NCBI GenBank assembly: GCA_963753345.1
Contig: CAVWBU010000027.1
Span: 192,001-256,000 of the forward strand
Reading direction: 5' to 3'
DNA from: an uncultured Fibrobacterota bacterium
GTDB taxonomy: Bacteria; Fibrobacterota; Chitinivibrionia; Chitinivibrionales; FEN-1185
Length of the DNA stretch: 64,000 nucleotides
The position numbers and the translations under genes were made by a program. Positions 31,073 to 39,695 of this stretch are shown here, piece by piece (position 1 is the first letter of the stretch; every line of letters begins with the position of its first letter). The notes below the pieces were generated by a model. It had not been told where the DNA came from, did not search any database, and was given only the letters and a program-made list of their open reading frames with translations.

Positions 31073-31912
31073 TTGAATATTTTTGCCACGCTCCACAAAA
31101 GCATTTTTTCCGGCAGTTTCTATGAGACGATTTCCGCCATGCCGGTTCGCAGCGTGGCGAAGTTCTTCTTTCTGATCTGTCTGTTGACAATGCTTATTTG
31201 CGGTTTTTCTCACCTGTTTTACGCCATGAATGCAACGTCCGGCCTTGCCGCCGAAACCGCGGGGGCGTTCAGCGGCATCGAGCTCAACAACGGGGCGCTC
31301 GACCCGCACCGTCCGGTTCCCTATATTCCCGACAATACCCATGTGTCAAGAGCCTTTGAATTTGTCTTCTGGCTCCCTCATTCTTCCGCCGTGGTGCCGG
31401 ATTCATTTGTTGTAGTCGACACCAATGCCAATTCCATGGCGAGGATCGGCAACAACACCCTGTTCCTGCTTTCCGCCCGCCGCCTGGTCGTCAATCCGGG
31501 ATCGTCGTTTTCCTACGGAAGATCGTATGGCGAACTCTTCGGCACAGGGCGCCTTGTCGTTGACAGGAATTCGATTCAGAAACTGCTCGTGACACAGCTG
31601 CCGCTTCTCGCGCTGTTCTACTGCGCATGGACGGCAATGGCGGACTCTGCCGTGTATTTCATGAGCGTTGTTTGTATTGCTTTCGTCGCGCTTGCGGCAT
31701 ATATTTTTAGTGTCAATCGGCCGCGAAGCCCGGGCGAATTCTTCAAAATGGCGTTTTTCGCCGCATCGCCGTTGTACATCGGCACCAATATCGTGGCCGT
31801 CTCCGGCACCGGCTTTGCGTGGACATGGCACGTTTTTATTCTGATTTCAACGGTTGTCATGTTACGGGGCGTTATGCATGCGTCAAGGGCCGCAAACCAT
31901 CCGGACCTCTAG
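31073..31912 (+). CDS. Membrane protein, DUF1189-like
   Basis: TM helix, soluble loop, then 3 TM helices; TTG start inferred (alternative ATG at 31140). Confidence 0.55.
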   Translation: MNIFATLHKSIFSGSFYETISAMPVRSVAKFFFLICLLTMLICGFSHLFYAMNATSGLAAETAGAFSGIELNNGALDPHRPVPYIPDNTHVSRAFEFVFWLPHSSAVVPDSFVVVDTNANSMARIGNNTLFLLSARRLVVNPGSSFSYGRSYGELFGTGRLVVDRNSIQKLLVTQLPLLALFYCAWTAMADSAVYFMSVVCIAFVALAAYIFSVNRPRSPGEFFKMAFFAASPLYIGTNIVAVSGTGFAWTWHVFILISTVVMLRGVMHASRAANHPDL

Positions 31913-31929
31913 AACAACAGGGCGGTATC

Positions 31930-32796
31930 GTGCTCCTCGGAATTCAGCAGAAGAAGGGAGATCCCGGCAAACTCGACGGCCGTCTTACGGTGTACGCTAT
32001 TCTCGATATCGACCCTTCAGATCTGCTCTCGATGAAACACCCCATTGCGTCAATGATCCACAACGGGTTGCTTGTTGCGCAAGGCAACTATAGAGACCAG
32101 AATAACCTAAGGGATTTTCTCAAGTCCGAAATGGGGCTGTCTCTCGAGGAGGGGCTTGAGGATTTTCTCGACAAGCTCGGAGGTCTTGAGTCCGCGCTCG
32201 ATCCGGATAAACTCCGGGAACGCATCGACAATATCGACGAACTGGAAGATTTTATTCCCACGCCGGCCAAGATCGTTCCATTTCCTTCCGAAACCGATGT
32301 GCTCGAGCAGGAGGGGGATGTCTATTTCGCGGGGACATTCAAAAATGTAGGAAACGCCATTCTCAGCGTCAACTCGCTGCCGATACTGTACCAGGCAAGG
32401 TTCAGGGAACAGGAAATCCAGAAAGTTCGGTGCGAGATAGAACGGCTCGTTGCCCAAATCGAAAAGAACGCACCGCCGCGCGAAGTGCCTTCTCCCGGAG
32501 GTTCGAAAGTCGAAGAAAGGATCATGAAGGATTTTATCCCGAACATGCTTTATTGCCGCAAGGAAAAAAAAATCTTCAGTGCGGCGGAGAAACAGTTCCG
32601 CGACTTTCTGCACGATTATAGGCGGCCCGAAGACGTGAATGCGGTGGTGGGCATCATTGCCGAGGAGCATGAACTCACCTCGCGCCACTTCAAACTGCTT
32701 GAGCTGTACGCAAAAAAGATATCCCGTGTGACCGAGGAGAACTTTACCGAGGCGGAGAGACTCCAGAAGGATATTTCCGCGCTCGAAAACCAGTAA
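31930..32796 (+). CDS. Hypothetical cytoplasmic protein with UVR-like coiled-coil tail
   Basis: Long ORF with host-like codon usage; C-terminal EENFTEAERLQKDI resembles the UvrB/UvrC motif; GTG start inferred. Confidence 0.6.
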   Translation: MLLGIQQKKGDPGKLDGRLTVYAILDIDPSDLLSMKHPIASMIHNGLLVAQGNYRDQNNLRDFLKSEMGLSLEEGLEDFLDKLGGLESALDPDKLRERIDNIDELEDFIPTPAKIVPFPSETDVLEQEGDVYFAGTFKNVGNAILSVNSLPILYQARFREQEIQKVRCEIERLVAQIEKNAPPREVPSPGGSKVEERIMKDFIPNMLYCRKEKKIFSAAEKQFRDFLHDYRRPEDVNAVVGIIAEEHELTSRHFKLLELYAKKISRVTEENFTEAERLQKDISALENQ

Positions 32797-32826
32797 ATCA
32801 ATCGCCGCACAACGGAAACCTCCGCA

Positions 32827-34530
32827 ATGCTTTTCGGCAGGCGCAACCAGTCGGGCAACATTCAAAGCGACATCACGCTCATGGCGCGTATCGTGGAACA
32901 TACGCCCGTCGACATTCTCGTAACCGATGTGAACGGTTCGATCCTCTATGCCAACGCCTGTGCGGAACGCGATCTGAAGGTGCCCCGCAGCAAACTCAGG
33001 GGAACTCCGCTTGAATCTCTTCTGTCGGACACCAGCGCCGGTTCTTCATGGACCGAGTTGAGGGAACGTCTCGCACGCGAGCATACCTTCGATACCAGTG
33101 TCCATTTGCTCGGGCGGGACGCGTCGGAGATGACCTGCGCGCTGCAGGCTTTTTCCATCGATGACACGGTATCGGGCGGCAACGTGTTCGTGTTTCAGTT
33201 CAAAGACGTGACGGGCGAAGTCGAGTCCGTGGCGGAGATCGAACGCAAGAACATCGAAATGGCGAAAATCAACTCCGAGCTCATCCGTTCGAATGCGGAG
33301 CTCAAACGCGTGAGCGAGCTCAAGTCAAATTTCCTGAGCATTGCGTCGCATGAGCTCAAGACACCGCTCACCTCGATCAAGGGTTATTCCGACATCATTA
33401 TCGACACCATGAAGGGCAAGCTTGAGAGCAGCGTGTTCCGGATGATTGAGAGCATCAACCGGGCCGCAGACAGGCTGCACCGCGTGGTGAACAACATCCT
33501 TGACGTCACGCGCATCGAGCAGAAGCGTCTCAGACTCAAGCCTGAGGCCATGAACCTCGCGGCCGTGGCGTGTGAATGCATCGAGGAACTCTCCCAATTC
33601 TCGTCAAAACGGAACATTCGGTTTGAATGCGTCGCGGCGGACAACCTGCCCTTGTTTATGGGCGATACCATGCGCATGCAGCAGGTGTTCACCAACCTGT
33701 TCTCCAACGCCATCAAATTCTCTCCCGATAATTCCGCGGTGCAGGTGCGCATTGAGTTGCACGCTCCATCGGAATTCCACATCGTGGTGAAGGACCAGGG
33801 CATCGGCATCGACAAGCTGGAGCAGAAGAAGGTGTTCGATCCGTTCTACGAAATCGCCAGCGCCACTCGGCACAGCACCGATGCGTCAAAATTCATGGGG
33901 GGAGGCACGGGACTCGGCTTGTCTATTGTCAAGGGCATCGTGGAGCGCCACGGGGGGAGGATATGGATCGAAAGCGACGGGCCGTCTACGACCGTCAAGT
34001 TCCCCGGGAGCGAGTTCCACGTTGTCCTTCCCGTCAAGGCCAAAATCGAGTGGGACGACGATGAAACCAAGACGATCAGGCTTGCCGATTTGCAGGAAGC
34101 GAAGATAAGGGAACATGATGCCGCCGCCGACAACGTGGACAAAAAACCCGTGATCCTCCTCATCGACAGCGATCATGAGACCATTGAAATTTCGAAGATG
34201 GTTCTGGAAAGCGCATTTGACATTCTGGTGGCGGAGACCGGCGAGATCGGACTTGCCATGGCCTTCAACCACGAGCCGTCGGTTATTCTTGTCGATTCGT
34301 TCCTTCCCGGAATAGACGGCTATCGCGTATGCCGGATTCTCCGCAGCCAGGACGAGACCAAGAACATTCCCATCGCATTTTTCTCCGCCGGATCGCAAAG
34401 CAGCGAGATCCAGAAATGCTTTGCCTCTGGCGCGGATGACTTCATTGTCAAGCCCTTCGCGGGGAAGGAGCTGGTTGACAAGATCTGGCGGCTTCTCATG
34501 AAAAAGAAAGAGCAGGAGAACTTCAAGTAG
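32827..34530 (+). CDS. PAS hybrid histidine kinase with receiver domain
   Basis: SHELKTPLTSI, NLFSNAIKF, DQGIGI, GGTGLGL, C-terminal REC (GADDFIVKP). Confidence 0.92.
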   Translation: MLFGRRNQSGNIQSDITLMARIVEHTPVDILVTDVNGSILYANACAERDLKVPRSKLRGTPLESLLSDTSAGSSWTELRERLAREHTFDTSVHLLGRDASEMTCALQAFSIDDTVSGGNVFVFQFKDVTGEVESVAEIERKNIEMAKINSELIRSNAELKRVSELKSNFLSIASHELKTPLTSIKGYSDIIIDTMKGKLESSVFRMIESINRAADRLHRVVNNILDVTRIEQKRLRLKPEAMNLAAVACECIEELSQFSSKRNIRFECVAADNLPLFMGDTMRMQQVFTNLFSNAIKFSPDNSAVQVRIELHAPSEFHIVVKDQGIGIDKLEQKKVFDPFYEIASATRHSTDASKFMGGGTGLGLSIVKGIVERHGGRIWIESDGPSTTVKFPGSEFHVVLPVKAKIEWDDDETKTIRLADLQEAKIREHDAAADNVDKKPVILLIDSDHETIEISKMVLESAFDILVAETGEIGLAMAFNHEPSVILVDSFLPGIDGYRVCRILRSQDETKNIPIAFFSAGSQSSEIQKCFASGADDFIVKPFAGKELVDKIWRLLMKKKEQENFK

Positions 34531-34545
34531 CAGACCTTCCGAAGA

Positions 34546-34589
34546 AAACAAAGGAGGAACCGGCAGCTCTGCCCGTTCCTCCTTTGTTT
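34546..34589. terminator. Long hairpin between convergent genes (probable bidirectional terminator)
   Basis: AAACAAAGGAGGAAC-c-GGCAG / CTGCC-c-GTTCCTCCTTTGTTT inverted repeat. Confidence 0.8.
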
Positions 34590-34608
34590 CTCCGTTCGCA
34601 ATCAGCAA

Positions 34609-35058
34609 TTACTTGGTTTGGCGTTCAACCGTTTCCCGGTCGACGTTTTCACGAAGTGCGTCGGCAAACGAGCGGTCCAGCTTGATCGGGTCGGCATTCG
34701 GATTGTCGGCGTCTATGATGTAAACCGGCGTCGGGTTATCGAGATACCCGATGACTTCCGCGTCGTCGAACACGAAGGTCTTGCTCTTGCCCGTCGTCAC
34801 CACCATGCGCTTTTCGACCCACCCGGTTTCGCCGTCCGCTTTCTGGATTTTGTAGTGGTTTCTGGCGGTGGAAAGAATGAGGAGACGGTCATTCGTGCCG
34901 ACCGTGAACAGCGGCTTTTCGTACAACTCACGGATTTCGTTCTTGAACACGCCGACATCGTTTGCAGTGGGGGTGACATACTTCTCGGCATTCTTCTGCG
35001 CGAACGCAATGCCGACCGCCATTGTCAGGACAATCAGGACCACGGATTTTAATCGCAT
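34609..35058 (-). CDS. Secreted SH3-like domain protein
   Basis: Signal peptide ending AFA; HYKIQ..DGETGWV SH3b-like motif; AAGGAG upstream. Confidence 0.7.
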   Translation of the reverse strand: MRLKSVVLIVLTMAVGIAFAQKNAEKYVTPTANDVGVFKNEIRELYEKPLFTVGTNDRLLILSTARNHYKIQKADGETGWVEKRMVVTTGKSKTFVFDDAEVIGYLDNPTPVYIIDADNPNADPIKLDRSFADALRENVDRETVERQTK

Positions 35059-35207
35059 AACATTCTCCTTGCTGCTTCGATTGTAAAGAACCCTATCAAT
35101 GGTAATTATAATTCTTTTTTTAAACAGAAGCAAGCGGTAAAAACGAAACGAACACGCCGAATAGCCTCCTTTTCCGCCCAAAAAAAATCGGCAAAATACC
35201 GGCATCA

Positions 35208-36668
35208 TCACTCCCCGCCTTCTGCAAAAGCGAAATCCATGTCGCGAGCCGCCTTGACCTCGTCAAGCCTGCCCACCGGCGTGGAAAGGGGAGCGTCGTG
35301 CAGCAGCGCCGGCTTGTCGCGTGCCTCGACCGCGATGGTTTCCATGGCCGCGATGAACGCGTCCATTGTTTCCTTGCTTTCGGTCTCGGTCGGCTCTATC
35401 ATGAGCGCTTCCTTGACAATGAGCGGGAAGTACACCGTGGGCGGATGAAAACCCATGTCGATAAGCCGCTTCGCTATGTCAAGCGCGCTCACGCCGTTTT
35501 TCGCCTGTCTCGCGGCCGAGATCACGCATTCGTGCATGCAGGCGCGGTCGTAGGGCACATCGAACGATTGTTTGAGACGATTCATGACGTAATTGGCGTT
35601 GAGAACGGCGTTCTCGCTCACTTCGGAAAGCCCGTTGCCGCCCAGCAGCAGGATGTATGCGTATGCCTTGAGACACACGCTGAAATTGCCGTAGAACGGT
35701 GCGATATAACCTATTGATTTCGGGTAATTGTAATTGAGCGAATAGGTGTTGTCGGACCGCTTTACCACGCGGGAAACAGGAAGGAATTCCTCAAGTTTCT
35801 TTTTGACGCCCACCGGCCCGGCACCCGGCCCGCCTCCGCCGTGCGGCGTGCCGAATGTCTTGTGGAGGTTGATGTGCATAACGTCGAAGTCCGCGTCACC
35901 CGGCCTGAACCTGCCCAGAATGGCGTTCAGATTCGCGCCGTCGTAGTAGAGCAGAGCGTCGTGCCGGTGCGCACATTCGGCGATTTTTCCTATTTGTGCA
36001 TTGAAAATCCCTAGCGTATTCGGGTTCGTCATCATGATGGCGGCGGTCTGCGGCCCCACCATCGCCTCAAGCGTGGCACAATCGATGACCCCGGTTTCCG
36101 GGTTCGTGGGCACGGGCCGCACGCGGTACCCTGCAATGGCGGCGCTGGAAGGGTTGGTGCCGTGCGCTTCGTCGGGAATCAGCACTTCGTTCTTCCTGTT
36201 GCCTCTGTCTCTGTGGTACGCCGCCACCAGCATCATGCCGGTGAGTTCGCCGTGCGCGCCCGCCATGGGCTGCAGGGTAAAAGCGTCCATGCCCGATATC
36301 TCGCACAGGAAGTGTTCCAGTTCGTAAAGAACGGCGAGGGCGCCCTGGGTGAGCATGCCGCCGCGCCGGAGCTGGGGGAGCAGGGGATGGAGACCGGCAA
36401 AACCCTCGAGCTGTGCAATCTTTTCGCACACCTTCGGGTTGTATTTCATGGTGCACGAACCGAGAGGATAGAAATTGGTGTCCACGCCGAAGTTACAGCG
36501 CGACAAGGCGGTGAAATGCCTCACCACATCGAGCTCCGAAAGCTCGCACAGCTCCGCGTCGTGTGCGCGCCGGTAGGCGGCATCGATGCTCGTGTTCGTC
36601 GGCACGTCGGGAGCAGGCAGCGAAACGCCTTTTCTGTCCTTTACCGATTTGCTGAAGATTATTTCCAT
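35208..36668 (-). CDS. gcvPB: Glycine dehydrogenase subunit 2
   Basis: YPLGSCTMKYNP, HGTNP, YDGANLNA, HINLHKTF, EPTETE. Confidence 0.97.
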   Translation of the reverse strand: MEIIFSKSVKDRKGVSLPAPDVPTNTSIDAAYRRAHDAELCELSELDVVRHFTALSRCNFGVDTNFYPLGSCTMKYNPKVCEKIAQLEGFAGLHPLLPQLRRGGMLTQGALAVLYELEHFLCEISGMDAFTLQPMAGAHGELTGMMLVAAYHRDRGNRKNEVLIPDEAHGTNPSSAAIAGYRVRPVPTNPETGVIDCATLEAMVGPQTAAIMMTNPNTLGIFNAQIGKIAECAHRHDALLYYDGANLNAILGRFRPGDADFDVMHINLHKTFGTPHGGGGPGAGPVGVKKKLEEFLPVSRVVKRSDNTYSLNYNYPKSIGYIAPFYGNFSVCLKAYAYILLLGGNGLSEVSENAVLNANYVMNRLKQSFDVPYDRACMHECVISAARQAKNGVSALDIAKRLIDMGFHPPTVYFPLIVKEALMIEPTETESKETMDAFIAAMETIAVEARDKPALLHDAPLSTPVGRLDEVKAARDMDFAFAEGGE

Positions 36669-36732
36669 GCTTTGTCCCGCGCTTCTATTTCGTATAGTCG
36701 TGATTCTCGGAGCAATGGTTCACCTCGCGCTA

Positions 36733-38076
36733 TTATCTTTTGTGCTTGAGCACGTGTTCAAGCGTTTCGGCAAAGGACCCGATTTCGTATTTGGTGCGTC
36801 TCTCCGTGACGGCAACAAGCAGGTAATTGTCCATGTCGGGGTAGTACCGTCCAAGCGGGAACCCCGGCGCGAACCCCAGTTCTATCATCCCGCCTGCAAC
36901 TTCGGCCGCATCAACGGGAAGGCGAACCGTAAACTCGTTGAAGGTCGGGCTCGATTCCATCACCTTCACGCCGGGAACGGCTTTGAGCCTTTCCTTTGCA
37001 TAATGGGCCTTGTTGAAACACAGCGACGCCACGTCCTTGAGACCCTGTTTTCCGAGAAGGCTCAGGTAGGCGTGCGCCCGGAGCGCGCACAGGGCCTCGT
37101 TGGTGCAGATGTTGGAGGTAGCCTTTTCACGCCGGATGTGCTGCTCGCGCGCCTGCAGCGTGAGAACAAACCCCTGTCTTCCCTTGTTGTCAACCGTGCG
37201 GCCCACCAGCCGGCCGGGCATCTTGCGCACGAGTTTTTTTGACGTCGCCATGAACCCGAGGTACGGGCCGCCGAACGAAAGCGGAAGCCCGAGAGACTGC
37301 CCCTCGCCCGTCGCGATGTCCGCGCCCATTTCGCCGGGAGATTTGAGCAACGCGAGCGCGATCGGATAAACCGATTGGATGACAAGAATGCCCATCGAAT
37401 GACACCGCTCCACCATATCGCTGTGGTCGTCGATGACGCCGAAAAAATTCGGGTTCTGGAGGACGACCGCCGCGGTCCTAGCGTCCAGCGCGTCGAACAC
37501 TTTGTTTCTGTCGCTCTGGCCGTGGGAAACGGGGACCTCGTGGAAGTCAATTGACAGGTTGGCGGTGTAGCAGTACAGCATCCTGCGGTAAATCGGGTTG
37601 ACGCCGCCGTCCACGATTATCCGGGGACGTTCCGTTGCGCGGATTGCCATCTGGCAGGCCTCGTACAGGGCGGTGCCGCCGTCGTAGAGCGACGCGTTCG
37701 ACACTTCCATGCCGGTGAGGCGGCAGATGTCCGATTGATACTCGTAAATAGCCTGGAGCGTCCCCTGCGAAAGCTCGGGCTGATACGGGGTGTAGGCCGT
37801 GTAAAACTCGCTGCGTCCGGCGATGGCGTCCACCGCCGCGGGAATGAAGTGGTCGTAGAAACCGCCGCCGATAAAGTTGATAAGATGCGAATAGTTCTGT
37901 GCCGCGAGTCCGGTCAGGGTCGACAGGACTTCCTGTTCGGACTTTCCGGCAGGCAGAGAGCTTGCGGGCGCCCGCAGCTCAGCCGGAATGTCGGCGAACA
38001 GCGAATCCACCGCGGGCACGCCGCACGCCGCGAGCATTTCCCTGCGCTGGGCTTCGGTGGTGGGTACATAACTCAT
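36733..38076 (-). CDS. gcvPA: Glycine dehydrogenase subunit 1
   Basis: YTAYTPYQPE.SQG.LQ, SNASLYDG, REQHIRREKATSNICTN. Confidence 0.97.
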   Translation of the reverse strand: MSYVPTTEAQRREMLAACGVPAVDSLFADIPAELRAPASSLPAGKSEQEVLSTLTGLAAQNYSHLINFIGGGFYDHFIPAAVDAIAGRSEFYTAYTPYQPELSQGTLQAIYEYQSDICRLTGMEVSNASLYDGGTALYEACQMAIRATERPRIIVDGGVNPIYRRMLYCYTANLSIDFHEVPVSHGQSDRNKVFDALDARTAAVVLQNPNFFGVIDDHSDMVERCHSMGILVIQSVYPIALALLKSPGEMGADIATGEGQSLGLPLSFGGPYLGFMATSKKLVRKMPGRLVGRTVDNKGRQGFVLTLQAREQHIRREKATSNICTNEALCALRAHAYLSLLGKQGLKDVASLCFNKAHYAKERLKAVPGVKVMESSPTFNEFTVRLPVDAAEVAGGMIELGFAPGFPLGRYYPDMDNYLLVAVTERRTKYEIGSFAETLEHVLKHKR

Positions 38077-38468
38077 TTTTCGGACTCCGCGAACGTTTCG
38101 TAGGCTGCACCGTCCATGAGGTCGGCGAGGTCCGAATCGCCAAAGCCCCGTATCTTGAACAGCCACGCGGAATGATACGGATCCTTGTTGATCTGTTCCG
38201 GCTTTGTATCCAGCGCAGAATTGACTTCGGCTATCTCTCCGGAAACAGGGGCATAGATGTCGCTTGCAGCCTTCACCGATTCGATGACCGAGCAGCTTTG
38301 CCCTTTGATGACCTTCTTCCCGATTGCGGGCAATTCGATAAAGGTGATGTCGCCAAGCGCTTTCTGGGCATGGTCCGATATGCCGACTATCGCGGCACCC
38401 GCGTCGATCTTCACCCATTCATGGGTCCTGGAATATTTTCTGTCTCCTGGTGTGCCCGCTGCAGGCAT
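38073..38468 (-). CDS. gcvH: Glycine cleavage system H protein
   Basis: HEWV, GISDHAQ..LGD, ESVKAASD (lipoyl Lys); GGAGG upstream. Confidence 0.97.
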   Translation of the reverse strand: MPAAGTPGDRKYSRTHEWVKIDAGAAIVGISDHAQKALGDITFIELPAIGKKVIKGQSCSVIESVKAASDIYAPVSGEIAEVNSALDTKPEQINKDPYHSAWLFKIRGFGDSDLADLMDGAAYETFAESEK

Positions 38469-38497
38469 GAGTATCCTCCTTCGATTGAGGTGCAAAA

Positions 38498-39595
38498 TCA
38501 AGATAGAAAATCGCGCATCGGCCGTCGTGCCGTTGCCGATTTGTAAAACGGCATTTCGGTGATTATGCCGGGCAATGTGTTTTTGCCTGCAACAAGCGCA
38601 ACACGATTGCCCGCAGAGGCGTGCGAAACGGGACAATATCCCATGGCGATCGCGCATTCGAGAGAAGGGGAGAAACTCGCGCTGGTGACCCTGCCGATTG
38701 CATTGCCGTTTTCATCGGCCATGACGTCGCCGTTACGGGCCGTGCGCCTGCCGTCAAGTTTTATTCCGCAGAGCGCGTTGCGGGAATTCCGGACATCGCA
38801 CACCGCGTCCGAACCTATAAACCGCTTGTCGGATGCAATTGCCCTGGCAAAACCGGATTCCGCGGCATTGTGGTCGCGGTCGAGTTCGTGCCCGTACAGC
38901 GGGTAACCCATTTCGAGCCTGAGCGTGTCGCGCGCTCCCAGCCCCGCGGGTTTTGCTCCACAATCGAGGCAGTCATCCCAGAATTCGACGGTCCGCTGTT
39001 CGTCAAGATATACCTCAAACCCTATTTCTCCGGTGTAGCCTGTGCGGCTCACCAGCATGCGCCTGCCGTTGTACTCATTGTTCATCCAATGGTAATATTT
39101 CAAGCCATCGATCGGGTCCTTCAAGAGCCTTGCAATTATTTTTGGCGACGTTGGACCCTGAAGATCGATCTTCCCGGTCTCCGCAGAAAGATCGACAAGC
39201 GATGAACCGGATGAGACGTTTTGCCTTATCCATTCAAAATCAGCATCTTGCGTTGAGGCGTTGACCACCATGAAGAAATCTTGTTCGCCGAGCCTGTAGG
39301 TGATCTGATCGTCTTGCACTCCACCGCTCTCGTTGCAGATAAACCCGTATCTGCATTGACCGATGGGAAGCGTTCCGATGTCGCAGGAAACAATCCTGTC
39401 GAGGTCTGCGGCGGAAGATGGTCCCTTGACGGAGAATTCGCCCATGTGGCATGTGTCAAAAACAGCGGCTTCATTACGTGTGCAGAAATGTTCCGCAAGG
39501 ATGCCCTCATACTGAATGGGCATGTCAAACCCGCCGAACGGAGCCATGGAAGCCGAAAGGGAAAGATGTGATTTGTGAAGAAAGGTTTTTTTCAT
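38498..39595 (-). CDS. gcvT: Glycine cleavage aminomethyltransferase
   Basis: FD.CHMG, SRTGYTGE.GFE, GLGARDTLRLE. Confidence 0.97.
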   Translation of the reverse strand: MKKTFLHKSHLSLSASMAPFGGFDMPIQYEGILAEHFCTRNEAAVFDTCHMGEFSVKGPSSAADLDRIVSCDIGTLPIGQCRYGFICNESGGVQDDQITYRLGEQDFFMVVNASTQDADFEWIRQNVSSGSSLVDLSAETGKIDLQGPTSPKIIARLLKDPIDGLKYYHWMNNEYNGRRMLVSRTGYTGEIGFEVYLDEQRTVEFWDDCLDCGAKPAGLGARDTLRLEMGYPLYGHELDRDHNAAESGFARAIASDKRFIGSDAVCDVRNSRNALCGIKLDGRRTARNGDVMADENGNAIGRVTSASFSPSLECAIAMGYCPVSHASAGNRVALVAGKNTLPGIITEMPFYKSATARRPMRDFLS

Positions 39596-39695
39596 GGATG
39601 CACGAGGCTGCCTGCCGAGCCGTAAAAAATACATCGGAACACCGATGCGGCAAAGGAAAGAAGATCGTCAATACCGGCAATCAGGTGCCGCCACC

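Noticed and set aside
35208..39595. Missing L protein in the gcv operon
   Set aside because: Dihydrolipoamide dehydrogenase is commonly encoded elsewhere.
39596..39695. Glycine riboswitch upstream of gcvT
   Set aside because: Only 100 bp and lacking the GGAGA/CCGAAG/CTCAGG aptamer signatures; it contains a small hairpin and a promoter-like motif instead.
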